Of a stretch of 64,000 nt of DNA, positions 17,788 to 27,428 are shown piece after piece. A program made the position numbers and the translations under genes. Position 1 is the first letter of the stretch. Each line of letters begins with the position of its first letter. The DNA is taken from positions 224,001 to 288,000 of the forward strand of contig OZ245366.1 of assembly GCA_965226585.1 (NCBI GenBank), written 5' to 3'. This DNA comes from Thermodesulfobacteriota bacterium. GTDB lineage: Bacteria > Desulfobacterota_D > UBA1144 > Nemesobacterales > Mycalebacteriaceae. The notes beneath the pieces were generated by a model, which was not told the origin of the DNA, made no database searches, and was given only the letters and a program-made list of their open reading frames with translations.

Positions 17788-19032
17788 TCAGTTGCGCATA
17801 AAGCTGTAGAGATGCTCGCCTATCTCCGAGTTCTTTAGTTTGTTGAGCGAGTGCTTTTCAATCTGCCTTATGCGCTCGCGGGTCAGGTCAAACATCTTTC
17901 CAATCTCGTCAAGGGTGAAAGTGCCGCTCTGGTCTATGCCGAAGCGCAGCTTGATAATCTTTTCCTCTCTCTCGTTGAGGTGCTGTTTGAGCGCCTCGCG
18001 CAGTTTTTTGGAAAGCGCGTTTTTCGCTATCACGAAATCGGGAATGGAGTCTTCCTGGTCGGGAACGGAATCCAGCAGAGTCGCGTTTTTGCCCTCAAGA
18101 ATCGGAGTGTCAAGACTTATCGCGTCATTTGTTGAGTTCAGTATTCTTTTGACAACCTCAATCGCTATGCCGGATTCAAGGGATATCTCTTCGGGCGTGG
18201 GCTTTCTGTCCGTTGTTTTGGAAAGTTTGGAAACCGTTTTATAAACACGGTTCGCCTGCTCAAGAAGATAAACCGGAACCTTAATCGTTCTCGTCTGCCC
18301 CTGAAGAGCCCTCAATATCGCCTGATGTATCCACCATGAAGCGTAGGTTGAAAACTTGTAGCCCTTCGTGTGGTCAAACCTCTCAACCGCCCTCATCAGG
18401 CCGAGATTGCCCTCCTGAATCAGGTCGGGAAGCGGAAGACCGCGGTTTGTGTACCTTCTGGATATAGTTATGACAAGCCTCAGGTTGGCTTTAACAAACT
18501 TCTGCTTAAGCCGCTGGGCTTTGTTCTCCTGAGATATTCTGGCAAGCCGCGAAAGGGCTTCCATTCTCCTGTCGTATTCAGCTTTCTTTCCGGCGCTTCT
18601 CGCCATCGCTTTCTTCTTTATCAACTGCTCCACTTTGGAAGGTTTGGAGTAGGAGCCATCATCTTTTCTGTATTTTGAGTCCGTGGTTTCGGCAACCGCT
18701 TCGTATTTTTTTATCTTGGAAGATATTTCCACCTCCTGCTTGGCGGTGAAAAGGTCTTCGGAAGACATATTTTTGAAATACACATAGAGAAGCCTCATGT
18801 GCTCATCGGGGCTGAAATCGCCCTTTTTCTTTTTGGATTTGCCGTTTGACGCCTCAATAAACGCCTGGTCGGGCGGGGGCTCCGGGAAGTCGGCTTCGGG
18901 AGCCTCAATCACAACATCTTCGGTCGCTTCAAAATCCGCCTCTTTTCCGTCTCCGTCACCCGAAAGGGAGCCGGATTCAAGAGATCCGTCTTTCAAATTC
19001 TCAATTTCGGGGGGTTTTTCCTTTGCTGTCAT
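17788..19032 (-). CDS. Sigma-70 family RNA polymerase sigma factor (RpoD/RpoS-like)
   Basis: ANLRLV, DLIQEGNLGLMRAVERFD, KFSTYASWWI and LTRERIRQIE. Confidence 0.92.
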   Translation of the reverse strand: MTAKEKPPEIENLKDGSLESGSLSGDGDGKEADFEATEDVVIEAPEADFPEPPPDQAFIEASNGKSKKKKGDFSPDEHMRLLYVYFKNMSSEDLFTAKQEVEISSKIKKYEAVAETTDSKYRKDDGSYSKPSKVEQLIKKKAMARSAGKKAEYDRRMEALSRLARISQENKAQRLKQKFVKANLRLVITISRRYTNRGLPLPDLIQEGNLGLMRAVERFDHTKGYKFSTYASWWIHQAILRALQGQTRTIKVPVYLLEQANRVYKTVSKLSKTTDRKPTPEEISLESGIAIEVVKRILNSTNDAISLDTPILEGKNATLLDSVPDQEDSIPDFVIAKNALSKKLREALKQHLNEREEKIIKLRFGIDQSGTFTLDEIGKMFDLTRERIRQIEKHSLNKLKNSEIGEHLYSFMRN

Positions 19033-19080
19033 AACTTTTTACTCATCAGGCGGGAGGTATTTTCGCTCCGCAAAACCTCA

Positions 19081-19686
19081 TCAGGCGGCGGAAAAATACT
19101 TCTCAACCTGCTCCCAGTTGACTACTTCCCACCACGCCTTGATGTAGTCAGGGCGTCTGTTCTGGTAGTTCAGGTAGTAGGCGTGCTCCCACACGTCAAG
19201 GCCGAGAATGGGAGTCAAGCCGTCTGAAACGGGGTTGTCCTGATTAGGGGTTGAGGTAACAATGAGTTTTCCGGAATCAACGCAGAGCCACGCCCAGCCG
19301 CTTCCGAAACGGGTCGCGCCCGCTTTTGCAAACTCGTCTTTGAATGAATCAAAACTTGAAAACGCGCTTTCTATCGCCGCCCCCAGCTCTCCGCCGGGAG
19401 TTCCGCCGCCGCCGGGCGACATACAGGTCCAGAAAAGCGTGTGGTTTACATGGCCGCCGCCGTTGTTTCTTACGGCGGTTCTTATGTCAGAGGGAACAGA
19501 ATTCAGGTCTGTTATGAGTTCTTTCGGGCATTTGTCCGCGAGTTCGGGGTGTTTTTCCAGCGCGGCGTTCAGGTTTGTAATATATGTGTTGTGGTGCTTT
19601 GAATGGTGGATTTCCATCGTTTTCGCATCTATGTGCGGCGCCAAAGCGTCATAGCCGTACGGCAGTTCCGGTAAAGTATGTGCCAT
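19081..19686 (-). CDS. sodA: Mn/Fe superoxide dismutase
   Basis: HHSKHH, NNGGGH.NH and DVWEHAYY. The GGG and QD signatures favour the Mn type. AGGAG RBS. Confidence 0.92.
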   Translation of the reverse strand: MAHTLPELPYGYDALAPHIDAKTMEIHHSKHHNTYITNLNAALEKHPELADKCPKELITDLNSVPSDIRTAVRNNGGGHVNHTLFWTCMSPGGGGTPGGELGAAIESAFSSFDSFKDEFAKAGATRFGSGWAWLCVDSGKLIVTSTPNQDNPVSDGLTPILGLDVWEHAYYLNYQNRRPDYIKAWWEVVNWEQVEKYFSAA

Positions 19687-19823
19687 CTGTATCTCCTTGT
19701 TATAAGACGAAAATTTCGCCTTCAACTCTCACCCGAGGGGTATTATAACACAAAAATTTTTGATTTTGAATAAAAATCGCAGGCGGCGGCAAGGCGTTTG
19801 AGGAAAGCCCAAAAAATGGGTTT

Positions 19824-21212
19824 TCACAGGTCGAGAAGGCTCAAAACCGCGCCGCTCAACTCTATCCGCAAGTGTTCCCGCCCTCTGACGGCTTTATGGC
19901 AATCGCTCACAACCACGCCGCCGGCCCAGATTATTTCCCCCTTGCAGGTGAAAACGGGCAGGCGGTTTCTGAGAAAAGACGGTATTTTCCTGTCGGCGAA
20001 GACGGATTTCAGTTTTTTTGTCCCTTTCATTCCGAGCGGAACGGTTCTGTCTCCGGGTCTGAAGTTTCTGACTTCAACGGGAAAACCCGTTGTTTCAAGA
20101 GAAAAATGCCCCACCTCGCGCTTTCCCCAGAGCGAAGTGTCGGAGGTTTTTTCAAATCTCGCGCTGATGCCTCCGGGAAGGTCGCGTACGCCCTCGTTTT
20201 CAACCGTTATTTCATAGTCTTGAGGGAGCGCGGCGGAACCGCTTACGCAGAAAACATCGTAGCGTTTCTCCATACTTACGCCCGCGGGAAGGCTCACGGA
20301 GCCGGAACCGGTGGACATAAGCAGCGCGTCCATATCCTCAAGGTGAGAAAAATCCAGTCTTTCAAGCCCGCCCTTTGCCGCCGAATAGGCGAGGCGCAAA
20401 ACCTCTGTGCGGACGGCGGGGTGAAGAGCGCGAAAGGGCTGAGCCGCCCCGACAAGCGCGCCGGACGCGGCGGGAAAGGGGAAAACCCCCGCGAACGCTT
20501 CCGCTGCGCGGTCTGATATGTATGAAGACTGCCGGTCTGCCGTGTCTGCAAGGCGGTTGAGAGCGGTTTTTATCTGCGGGTTGAAGCCTTCAAGGAGGGG
20601 AACAACCTGTTTGCGTATCCTGTTTCTTGTGAAAATCTCGCTGTCATTGCTTCCGTCTTCAACCCAGCGGGCGTTTTTTCTGCCCAGATATTCCTCCACC
20701 TCCGCGCGGGAGATTGCGAAAAAGGGTCTTATCAGGTTGCCGGAACGCGGTTTTATTGACGACATTCCCGCCACGCCGCTGCCGCGAATCATTCTCATCA
20801 GAACCGTCTCCGCCCTGTCGTCCATCGTGTGGGCGGTGGCAATTCTGTCCGCGCCGGTTTTTTCACAAATCTCGCGGAAAAATTCGTATCTCAACTCACG
20901 GGCGGCGTGTTCAAGCGAAAGCCGCTTCTGTTTCGCGAAATCAAGGGTGTCTGCGGAGCGCAGTTCAAACGGCAGTCCGTGTTTTTCGCACAACTGCTCA
21001 ACAAAATCGGCATCGCGGTCTGATTCGCTTCCGCGCAGGCGGTGGTTGAAGTGGCACACCACTATCCGGGGGGCGCGCTCAAACTCCAGAAGGGAGAGAA
21101 GAAGCGCGACCGAGTCCGCGCCGCCGGAAACCCCCGCCGCAACTTTCATCGCCGGGCGCGGCAGCATATCAAACTCTTCCAGCGCCGCCGTGAGTTTGTC
21201 TTCCAGTTTCAA
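19824..21212 (-). CDS. tilS: tRNA(Ile)-lysidine synthetase
   Basis: SGGADS, HFNHRLR, ARELRY, AHTMDD.AET and RNRIR. Confidence 0.95.
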   Translation of the reverse strand: MKLEDKLTAALEEFDMLPRPAMKVAAGVSGGADSVALLLSLLEFERAPRIVVCHFNHRLRGSESDRDADFVEQLCEKHGLPFELRSADTLDFAKQKRLSLEHAARELRYEFFREICEKTGADRIATAHTMDDRAETVLMRMIRGSGVAGMSSIKPRSGNLIRPFFAISRAEVEEYLGRKNARWVEDGSNDSEIFTRNRIRKQVVPLLEGFNPQIKTALNRLADTADRQSSYISDRAAEAFAGVFPFPAASGALVGAAQPFRALHPAVRTEVLRLAYSAAKGGLERLDFSHLEDMDALLMSTGSGSVSLPAGVSMEKRYDVFCVSGSAALPQDYEITVENEGVRDLPGGISARFEKTSDTSLWGKREVGHFSLETTGFPVEVRNFRPGDRTVPLGMKGTKKLKSVFADRKIPSFLRNRLPVFTCKGEIIWAGGVVVSDCHKAVRGREHLRIELSGAVLSLLDL

Positions 21213-21853
21213 TCTTTTGACGTGGAAAGCCCCCCGGAAATAATCACGCTGAACGCCTGCTCAACGGACATGGGAACCTCCCTGACTTTGGATTCGGGAA
21301 CCATCAAGTAGAAGCCGCTTGTGGGGTTCGGTGTTGTGGGCAGAAATATGTTCACAAGAACCTCGTCCGTTACGTTGTGCGCCTCTCCGGGCTGCATTTT
21401 TCCCATAAAAAACCCTATGGAATAGACGCCCTCTTTCGGGTACTCAAAGATAACAACCCCTCTGCTGTCATCAACTCCGGGTGTGGAGAAAAGCGTTTTC
21501 AGTATCTGCTTTGAAGCGTTGTATGCCGTTCTGACAACGGGAATTGTGAGAATTATGGACTCGGCAAAACCCACAAGGCGGTTGCCGATTATGTTTCTCG
21601 TTACGTATCCGGTCATCACAACAAGAAATATCGTGAAGAAAGCGCCCACGGAGAAGGAGATGAGTTTGAAAACCCAGTCGGGAAAGGTGTAGTTGACGAA
21701 AACTGAATACTGAAGCACTTTTTGCGGAATGGCGCTTGTGAGCGAGTATATCCACAGCGATATCGTGTAGGCGAAAAATATGGCGAGACCAAACGGAACG
21801 ATTACCGCAAGCCCCGTTAAAAATCCCGTTTTGAGCCAGTTGAAAAAGCGCAT
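21209..21853 (-). CDS. DUF502 membrane protein
   Basis: EYP, PTTPNPTSGF and IISGG. Confidence 0.88.
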   Translation of the reverse strand: MRFFNWLKTGFLTGLAVIVPFGLAIFFAYTISLWIYSLTSAIPQKVLQYSVFVNYTFPDWVFKLISFSVGAFFTIFLVVMTGYVTRNIIGNRLVGFAESIILTIPVVRTAYNASKQILKTLFSTPGVDDSRGVVIFEYPKEGVYSIGFFMGKMQPGEAHNVTDEVLVNIFLPTTPNPTSGFYLMVPESKVREVPMSVEQAFSVIISGGLSTSKD

Positions 21854-21854
21854 T

Positions 21855-22145
21855 TCAGTCCGGTTTGGAATTCACCCGCGTCCGCAAAATCCTGCTGGGC
21901 TTGAAAACAACCTCGTTTCTTGAGGGAATTCCAACCTCTTCCCCGGTTGCCGGGTTTCTGCCCTTTCTGGGCTTTCTCTCTTTGACGTAGAGACTGCCGA
22001 AGTGGGGCAGTTTTACGGAATTGCCTTTTTGAAGGGCGGTTTTTACGGTGTCAAAAAAGTAGTCCACGATGTCTGCGGACTCTCTCTGCGAAAAACCGAG
22101 TTTCTCGTGTATTGAAAACGCCAAATCTTTTTTTGTTACAGCCAT
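21855..22145 (-). CDS. ihfA: Integration host factor alpha subunit
   Basis: HU/IHF fold GRNPATGEE, positioned directly after pheT. Confidence 0.85.
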   Translation of the reverse strand: MAVTKKDLAFSIHEKLGFSQRESADIVDYFFDTVKTALQKGNSVKLPHFGSLYVKERKPRKGRNPATGEEVGIPSRNEVVFKPSRILRTRVNSKPD

Positions 22146-24560
22146 CTATCTGATACGGGCTCCAAAAGAGTCTCCGAGGGCGCGAGCCGCTTTCTCAAAA
22201 ACCGAGTTCGCCTCCTCATCGGTGAGGGTTTTTTCCTCAGACCGCAAAAGCATTGAAATCCCCACGCTCTTCATGTCTTTTCCGATGGATTCGTCCTCAA
22301 ATATGTCAAAAACCCACACACGCTCCACCAGAGGGCTGACGCCCTTCACCCCCGAAACCATAGCGCCGACTTCCAGGTCTTTTTTCACAAGAAAAGCCGC
22401 ATCGCGCCGGAGTGACGGAAACTTGGGCAACGGGGAAAAACTTTGCTCCCCGCCCTCTGCGTAAGGATAAAGTTTTTCAAGTTTCAGTTCAAGCGCGATA
22501 ACACGCTCAACATCAAACACGCGAGCCGTTTCGGGGTGTATCTCACCGATGTCTCCAATCACGGAGCCGTCAGACGAAACAACACGCGCGCTTTTGCCCG
22601 GGTGGAGATATTTTTTGTCAGAACCGGACTCAAAACCGACCGAATCCGCAAAAGACTCATCCGCGCCGGGAATAACCCTGAGCGTCTTCTCAACAAGCCC
22701 TTTCATGTCAAAGAAATCAAAATCTCCCTTTTCCCAGAGGTCTGGTCCGCCCGCGCCTGAGGCAACTGCGGAAAACGCCTTCTCCTCTCTGGGCAGCTGC
22801 CCTCTGCCTTTGTGGAAAAACACCTTTCCGGTCTCAAAAAGCCGCACATCCGGACGCTGGCGAGCGAGGTTGAACTTCAAGTTTCTGAGCAAACCCGCGA
22901 GCAAAGTGCATCTCATCGCCGAAAGCTCCCGCGAAATGGGGTTCAAAACCTCAACCATCTCCCCGGAATCAAACGCTTTAAGCAGTTCCGGGCTGTCAAA
23001 ACCGTAGTTCACGGCTTCGGAAAAGCCGTAGAGAAGAAAGACGTTTTTTATCGCGCTTTCCGCCGCCGCAGAGCGCGGGGGCTTTTGAGCGACCATGCCG
23101 ACACGGGGCTGGGTTTTCGGTATTGCGTTGTAGCCCACAAGACGCGCTATCTCCTCAACCACGTCCGCCGGGCGAGAAACATCCGGCCTGAAAGTGGGAA
23201 TTTTGAGGGAAAGAACATCGCCCGATGACTTTGCTATCTCAAAACCCAGAGCCGAGAGAAGCCGTTCCGCATCGCGCCGGTCGGAAGCGGTTCCGAGTAT
23301 TTTCCATGTTTTTTCAAGCGATATTTCCACCTCGCGCGGCTTCACCTCTTCAACACAGGTGTCTGAAAAACCGCTCGCGGGTTTGCCGCCGGCAACCGTG
23401 TTTATCAGCGCCGCCGCCCTTGCCAGAGCGAGAGGAGCGGCGGCGGGGTCAACGCCTCTTTCAAATCTGTATGACGACTCGGACGACAGTTTGAGGCGTT
23501 TTGAGCCGCGCCGTATAACGGAAGGGTTGAAGCACGCGGCTTCAAGAAGCACGTTAGTTGTTTTGTCGCTGACGGCGGACGCCTCTCCGCCCATTATTCC
23601 GGCAATGGCAACGGGTCCCCGTGAGTCTGATATGACAAGGTCTTCGGGCGCAAGGTCGTATTTTTCCGAGTCAAGAGCAACAACAGATTCGCCTTTTGAG
23701 GCGTTTCTGACTGAAACCACGCCTTCAACAAGATCTGAATCAAACGCGTGAAGGGGCTGTCCGAACTCAAGCATGACGAAGTTTGTAACGTCCACAACGT
23801 TGTTAATGGGCTTTATTCCGCAGGCGGAAAGGCGCGACCTGAGCCACAGAGGAGAAGGTCCCACCTTAACGCCCTCCACATTCGCGCAGCAGTAGCGCGC
23901 GCAAGCGTCTGTGTTGTCAATCTTCACTTCCCGCGCCGCGCCTGTCTCTTTGATTTCACCGCCGGGGACAAGTTCGGGGGGAAATTTTAAAACCCCGCCG
24001 GTCGCAACGGCTATCTCGCGCGCTATGCCTGTAATGCTGAGACAGTCAGGCCTGTTTGGCGTAACGGCAACTTCAATAACCACGCCTTCAGTGCCTTCCA
24101 CATCCGCAAGCGGCGTTCCCGGAGCAACTGAGCCGGGCAGTATCATAATTCCTTCCGATCTTGCGGCGGATATTCCAAGTTCGCTTTCACTGCAAAGCAT
24201 ACCGCCGGACTCGCATCCGCGTATTTTCGCTTTTTTGACGGTCATCCCGTCCGGATTGTCGTCGGTGGCGGGCAGTTTCGCCCCCGGAAGCGCGAGAACG
24301 GCAACGTCTCCGGCTTTCATATTTGAAGCCCCGCAAACGATACTGAGAGTCTCCCCGCCGTCTGTAACGGAACAGAGGGAAAGGCGGTCTGCGTTGGGGT
24401 GCGGGCTGACTTCCTCTATCCGCACGGCAACAACTTTTTCCGGCGCGAGGGATGTAACAGACTCCACTTCAAGCCCCGCCATTGTAAGGGTTTCGCCAAG
24501 TTCCTCAGGGGAAAGGTCAAAATCCACGTAATATTTGAGCCAGTTTAAAGTCGCTTTCAT
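22146..24560 (-). CDS. pheT: Phenylalanyl-tRNA synthetase beta subunit
   Basis: HPNADRL, TPNRPDCLS, GQPLHAFD and RFERGVD. Confidence 0.96.
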   Translation of the reverse strand: MKATLNWLKYYVDFDLSPEELGETLTMAGLEVESVTSLAPEKVVAVRIEEVSPHPNADRLSLCSVTDGGETLSIVCGASNMKAGDVAVLALPGAKLPATDDNPDGMTVKKAKIRGCESGGMLCSESELGISAARSEGIMILPGSVAPGTPLADVEGTEGVVIEVAVTPNRPDCLSITGIAREIAVATGGVLKFPPELVPGGEIKETGAAREVKIDNTDACARYCCANVEGVKVGPSPLWLRSRLSACGIKPINNVVDVTNFVMLEFGQPLHAFDSDLVEGVVSVRNASKGESVVALDSEKYDLAPEDLVISDSRGPVAIAGIMGGEASAVSDKTTNVLLEAACFNPSVIRRGSKRLKLSSESSYRFERGVDPAAAPLALARAAALINTVAGGKPASGFSDTCVEEVKPREVEISLEKTWKILGTASDRRDAERLLSALGFEIAKSSGDVLSLKIPTFRPDVSRPADVVEEIARLVGYNAIPKTQPRVGMVAQKPPRSAAAESAIKNVFLLYGFSEAVNYGFDSPELLKAFDSGEMVEVLNPISRELSAMRCTLLAGLLRNLKFNLARQRPDVRLFETGKVFFHKGRGQLPREEKAFSAVASGAGGPDLWEKGDFDFFDMKGLVEKTLRVIPGADESFADSVGFESGSDKKYLHPGKSARVVSSDGSVIGDIGEIHPETARVFDVERVIALELKLEKLYPYAEGGEQSFSPLPKFPSLRRDAAFLVKKDLEVGAMVSGVKGVSPLVERVWVFDIFEDESIGKDMKSVGISMLLRSEEKTLTDEEANSVFEKAARALGDSFGARIR

Positions 24561-24633
24561 ATCGGAAAACCGCACGGCGCGCGGGTATCATTGTAAAATA
24601 GTTGCGGTATAAATCAAACCGCGCCGTGCTGTT

Positions 24634-25773
24634 ATGACTGAACTTTCCCCGACACAAACGGACACTCTTTCGCGCCGGATAGCTGATGAGACGGACACTT
24701 GCGGAGCCATAACATTTGAGCGGTTTATGGAGTTAGCCCTTTACGATTCAGACTTCGGGTACTACACGGCGGGAAAAGCGCGCATGGGCAGAAGGGGAGA
24801 TTTCTACACAAGCCCTTCGGCGCACGGGGCTTTCGGGCAAACGCTTGCCGGACTGGCGGGGATTTTGAGAAAAAAACTCGGGGCGGACGGGATGACGTTT
24901 GTTGAAGCGGGAGGAGGAGGCGGGCGGCTTGCTGTTGACATACTTTCCGCCCTTGAGGAAACCGACCCCGCGTCTTACGAGGCGGTTGAATATGTGCTTG
25001 TTGACCGCAGTCCTCAGGAGAAGTGCGAGGCGGCGGGCAAACACGGAAACTTCCGCAGGGTGAAAAGTTTTTCGGAGATAGGAAAGCCGGTTTGCGGAAT
25101 TATCTTTTCAAATGAGCTTTTTGACGCGCTTCCGTTTCACCGTCTTGTGTTCAGAAACGGGGAGATAGCGGAAATTTTTGTCTCACGCGGCGGGGATGGA
25201 TTTACGGAAACCGAAGCCGCCCCGTCAGACGGGGAACTGGTTTCGTATTTTGACAGGTGCGGCGGGGCGCAGAACATGGGATTTGCCGAAGGGCAGAAGT
25301 TTGAGGTCTCTCTCAAGGCGGGAGAGATGATGAAACAGATGGCACAGACGCTTGAAAGGGGTTTGATTCTGACAATAGACTACGGTTTTCAGACGGATGA
25401 ACTGTTCAGCCCGGACAGGCGGAACGGCACTTTCAAGTGCGTTTCGGGGCATACAATCAGCGAATCGCCCTACGAAAACATAGGCGGGCAGGACATCACG
25501 GCGCATGTTGACTTCGGAAACCTTGAAAAAACCGGACAAGGGTCAGGTCTTGCAACTTTGAAATACACAACACAGGGGCAGTTTCTTGTTGACTGGGGAA
25601 TAATGGACACTGCGGCGCGGAGTCCGGAGCAGATACACGCTATAAAGACCCTTTTCATGCCCGGAACGATGGGCGACAGCTTCCGCGTTCTGATGCAGAC
25701 AAAAAACGCCCCCGAACTCGCGCAGGGCTTTTACCCCAAAAGCCCGTTCAGGATTTCTTTTGGGGTGGATTGA
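24634..25773 (+). CDS. MidA/NDUFAF7-family SAM-dependent methyltransferase
   Basis: FMELALY, GDFYTSP, SNELFDALP, IDYG and DITAHVDF. Confidence 0.9.
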   Translation: MTELSPTQTDTLSRRIADETDTCGAITFERFMELALYDSDFGYYTAGKARMGRRGDFYTSPSAHGAFGQTLAGLAGILRKKLGADGMTFVEAGGGGGRLAVDILSALEETDPASYEAVEYVLVDRSPQEKCEAAGKHGNFRRVKSFSEIGKPVCGIIFSNELFDALPFHRLVFRNGEIAEIFVSRGGDGFTETEAAPSDGELVSYFDRCGGAQNMGFAEGQKFEVSLKAGEMMKQMAQTLERGLILTIDYGFQTDELFSPDRRNGTFKCVSGHTISESPYENIGGQDITAHVDFGNLEKTGQGSGLATLKYTTQGQFLVDWGIMDTAARSPEQIHAIKTLFMPGTMGDSFRVLMQTKNAPELAQGFYPKSPFRISFGVD

Positions 25774-25810
25774 GGGTTTCCACAATCAGACAACAAGCCA
25801 TCCGAAAACC

Positions 25811-26479
25811 TCATTTCGCAACAAACCCGCTGACAAAAGCAACACCAACAGAATACGAATCGTAATATGCGTAGTCATCTCCGTGAAAAGGAAAGTTTGC
25901 CCCCACGAAAGGGGCTATCCAAAAGTTGTCAAAAAAACTGTCTGGGTTGTCGGAAAAACGAAAAGCAAAAGACAGTCCCGGAGATATGAACCCAGCGGAC
26001 ACATAATCATTATCAGCGTAGTCATAATCAACTGTGGGTAGTATGGAAACAAACTTGGTCGCTTTTAACTCAAACCCTATACTTGCTGAGAAACTTGTTT
26101 GGTCAGGGCCGCCTTCTTCATCTTCTTTTGTGAAACCAGCAACCAAGCTTATAAAAGGATCTATCCGTTTTTTCGGGGCAAAATGGAGTTCAACACCCCC
26201 GACAAGACCCCAAAAAGCAATTTGATCATCGGTCGTATATCTGCCATACCCGCCTGAAACCAGTAAGTTCACCATATCGTGTGCCTTCAACCTCAGTCCA
26301 AACGAGTTTGTGACCGCCTTAAAATCCGAGCCGTCAGGAAAGCTTACAGAGACCCCAACTGTGGAAAGTAAGTTTTTATTTAATAGTCCTTCGTGATAGT
26401 CCGGGCTTTCCGTTTCAGCATTTGCAGACATTCCACCAAGTCCGGAGAGTAAAATAATGCACAATAGAAACTTTTTCAT
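25811..26479 (-). CDS. Outer-membrane beta-barrel protein (paralog of 16996..17688)
   Basis: MKK signal peptide ending ANA, DPFI, and FR.SDNPDSF...W.AP shared with the paralog. GGGAGG RBS. Confidence 0.72.
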   Translation of the reverse strand: MKKFLLCIILLSGLGGMSANAETESPDYHEGLLNKNLLSTVGVSVSFPDGSDFKAVTNSFGLRLKAHDMVNLLVSGGYGRYTTDDQIAFWGLVGGVELHFAPKKRIDPFISLVAGFTKEDEEGGPDQTSFSASIGFELKATKFVSILPTVDYDYADNDYVSAGFISPGLSFAFRFSDNPDSFFDNFWIAPFVGANFPFHGDDYAYYDSYSVGVAFVSGFVAK

Positions 26480-26492
26480 AACAAAACCTCCC

Positions 26493-26621
26493 AAGATTAA
26501 GCCCCGAGGGCATCGGGTCTTGACAACTCACTTAACAGGGTTAAGAAGTTCTGATTATTTCCCTTTCGGGTCTTGTATTACTCAGAGACCCGATAGACGG
26601 GTCCCCGTTAAGCGAGTTGTC
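26493..26621 (-). ncRNA. Candidate structured 5' leader (cis-regulatory RNA) of the OMP gene
   Basis: A 15-bp closing stem (26522-26536 with 26607-26621) encloses GGGACCCG/CGGGUCUC and CCC-GAAA-GGG hairpins. It starts at the predicted TSS. Confidence 0.55.
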
Positions 26622-26628
26622 GGCGGTA

Positions 26629-26692
26629 AATCTAATCCAAATCAAACAAGATGTCAAAGCCCGCTTGACACTCCCGCCTTCGCCGTTAGATT
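26629..26692. promoter_or_regulatory. Back-to-back divergent sigma70 promoters
   Basis: Minus strand: TTGACA (26652-26657), 17 bp, TAGATT (26629-26634). Plus strand: TTGACA (26665-26670), 16 bp, TAGATT. Confidence 0.65.
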
Positions 26693-26725
26693 AAACTCAA
26701 TCTTCAAACAAGCGAGGTTTTACAC

Positions 26726-27409
26726 ATGAGCGATTCAATCTACAAAAACAACATCGGCGCCGAGATGGGCAAGTTCAAAGAGGCAAACCCGGAACTGCTT
26801 GACGCCTGGATGGGCTACCACGACAGCGTTTTTACTGAAGGCGCGCTCTCAACAAAGGAAAAACAACTCTGCGCCCTCGCGGTCGCGCACATCACATCAT
26901 GCCCCTACTGCATAAGGTCGCGCACCACCGCTTCGCTGAAAGCCGGAGCAACGGAACAGGAAATCGTTGAAGTAATCTACGTCTCAATGCGCCTCGCAAT
27001 GGGCGCGCCCTACGCCTTTTCAAGCATAGCGTTTGAGGCGCTGGAACACATGGAAAAGAAAATTCCGCTCTCAGAAGGACATTTCTTCACAAAAGACATA
27101 ATGAAATACATCACCACCTTCAAAGAAGAAAGCGGTGACATCAAGGAGCCCTTTGAGCACTTTCACGAACAAACCTTTACAGACGGCGCGCTTACGAAAA
27201 AATTCAAACGCGGTATTGTCGCGCTCTGCTGCGCTCTGGTAACAAAATGCCCCTACTGCATAAGGTCTTGCGTGAGAGACGGAAAAGCCGAAGGCGTAAC
27301 CTCCAAAGAGGTGGCGGAAGCCGTGAACGTCTCCATGGTTATGGCAGCGGGCGCGTGCTGGGCGCATTCATCCATAGCGATGGAAACCATAGCCAAAGCG
27401 CAGAAATAA
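26726..27409 (+). CDS. Tandem-domain carboxymuconolactone decarboxylase / AhpD-like protein
   Basis: Two repeats of GAL..K.K...AL.......CPYCIRS. Confidence 0.85.
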   Translation: MSDSIYKNNIGAEMGKFKEANPELLDAWMGYHDSVFTEGALSTKEKQLCALAVAHITSCPYCIRSRTTASLKAGATEQEIVEVIYVSMRLAMGAPYAFSSIAFEALEHMEKKIPLSEGHFFTKDIMKYITTFKEESGDIKEPFEHFHEQTFTDGALTKKFKRGIVALCCALVTKCPYCIRSCVRDGKAEGVTSKEVAEAVNVSMVMAAGACWAHSSIAMETIAKAQK

Positions 27410-27428
27410 CCGCGCCGAACTCCGTATT

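Noticed and set aside
26540..26606. Hammerhead ribozyme or c-di-AMP/TPP riboswitch in the OMP leader
   Set aside because: CUGAGUA does not fit the CUGANGA hammerhead core, and the conserved riboswitch segments are missing.
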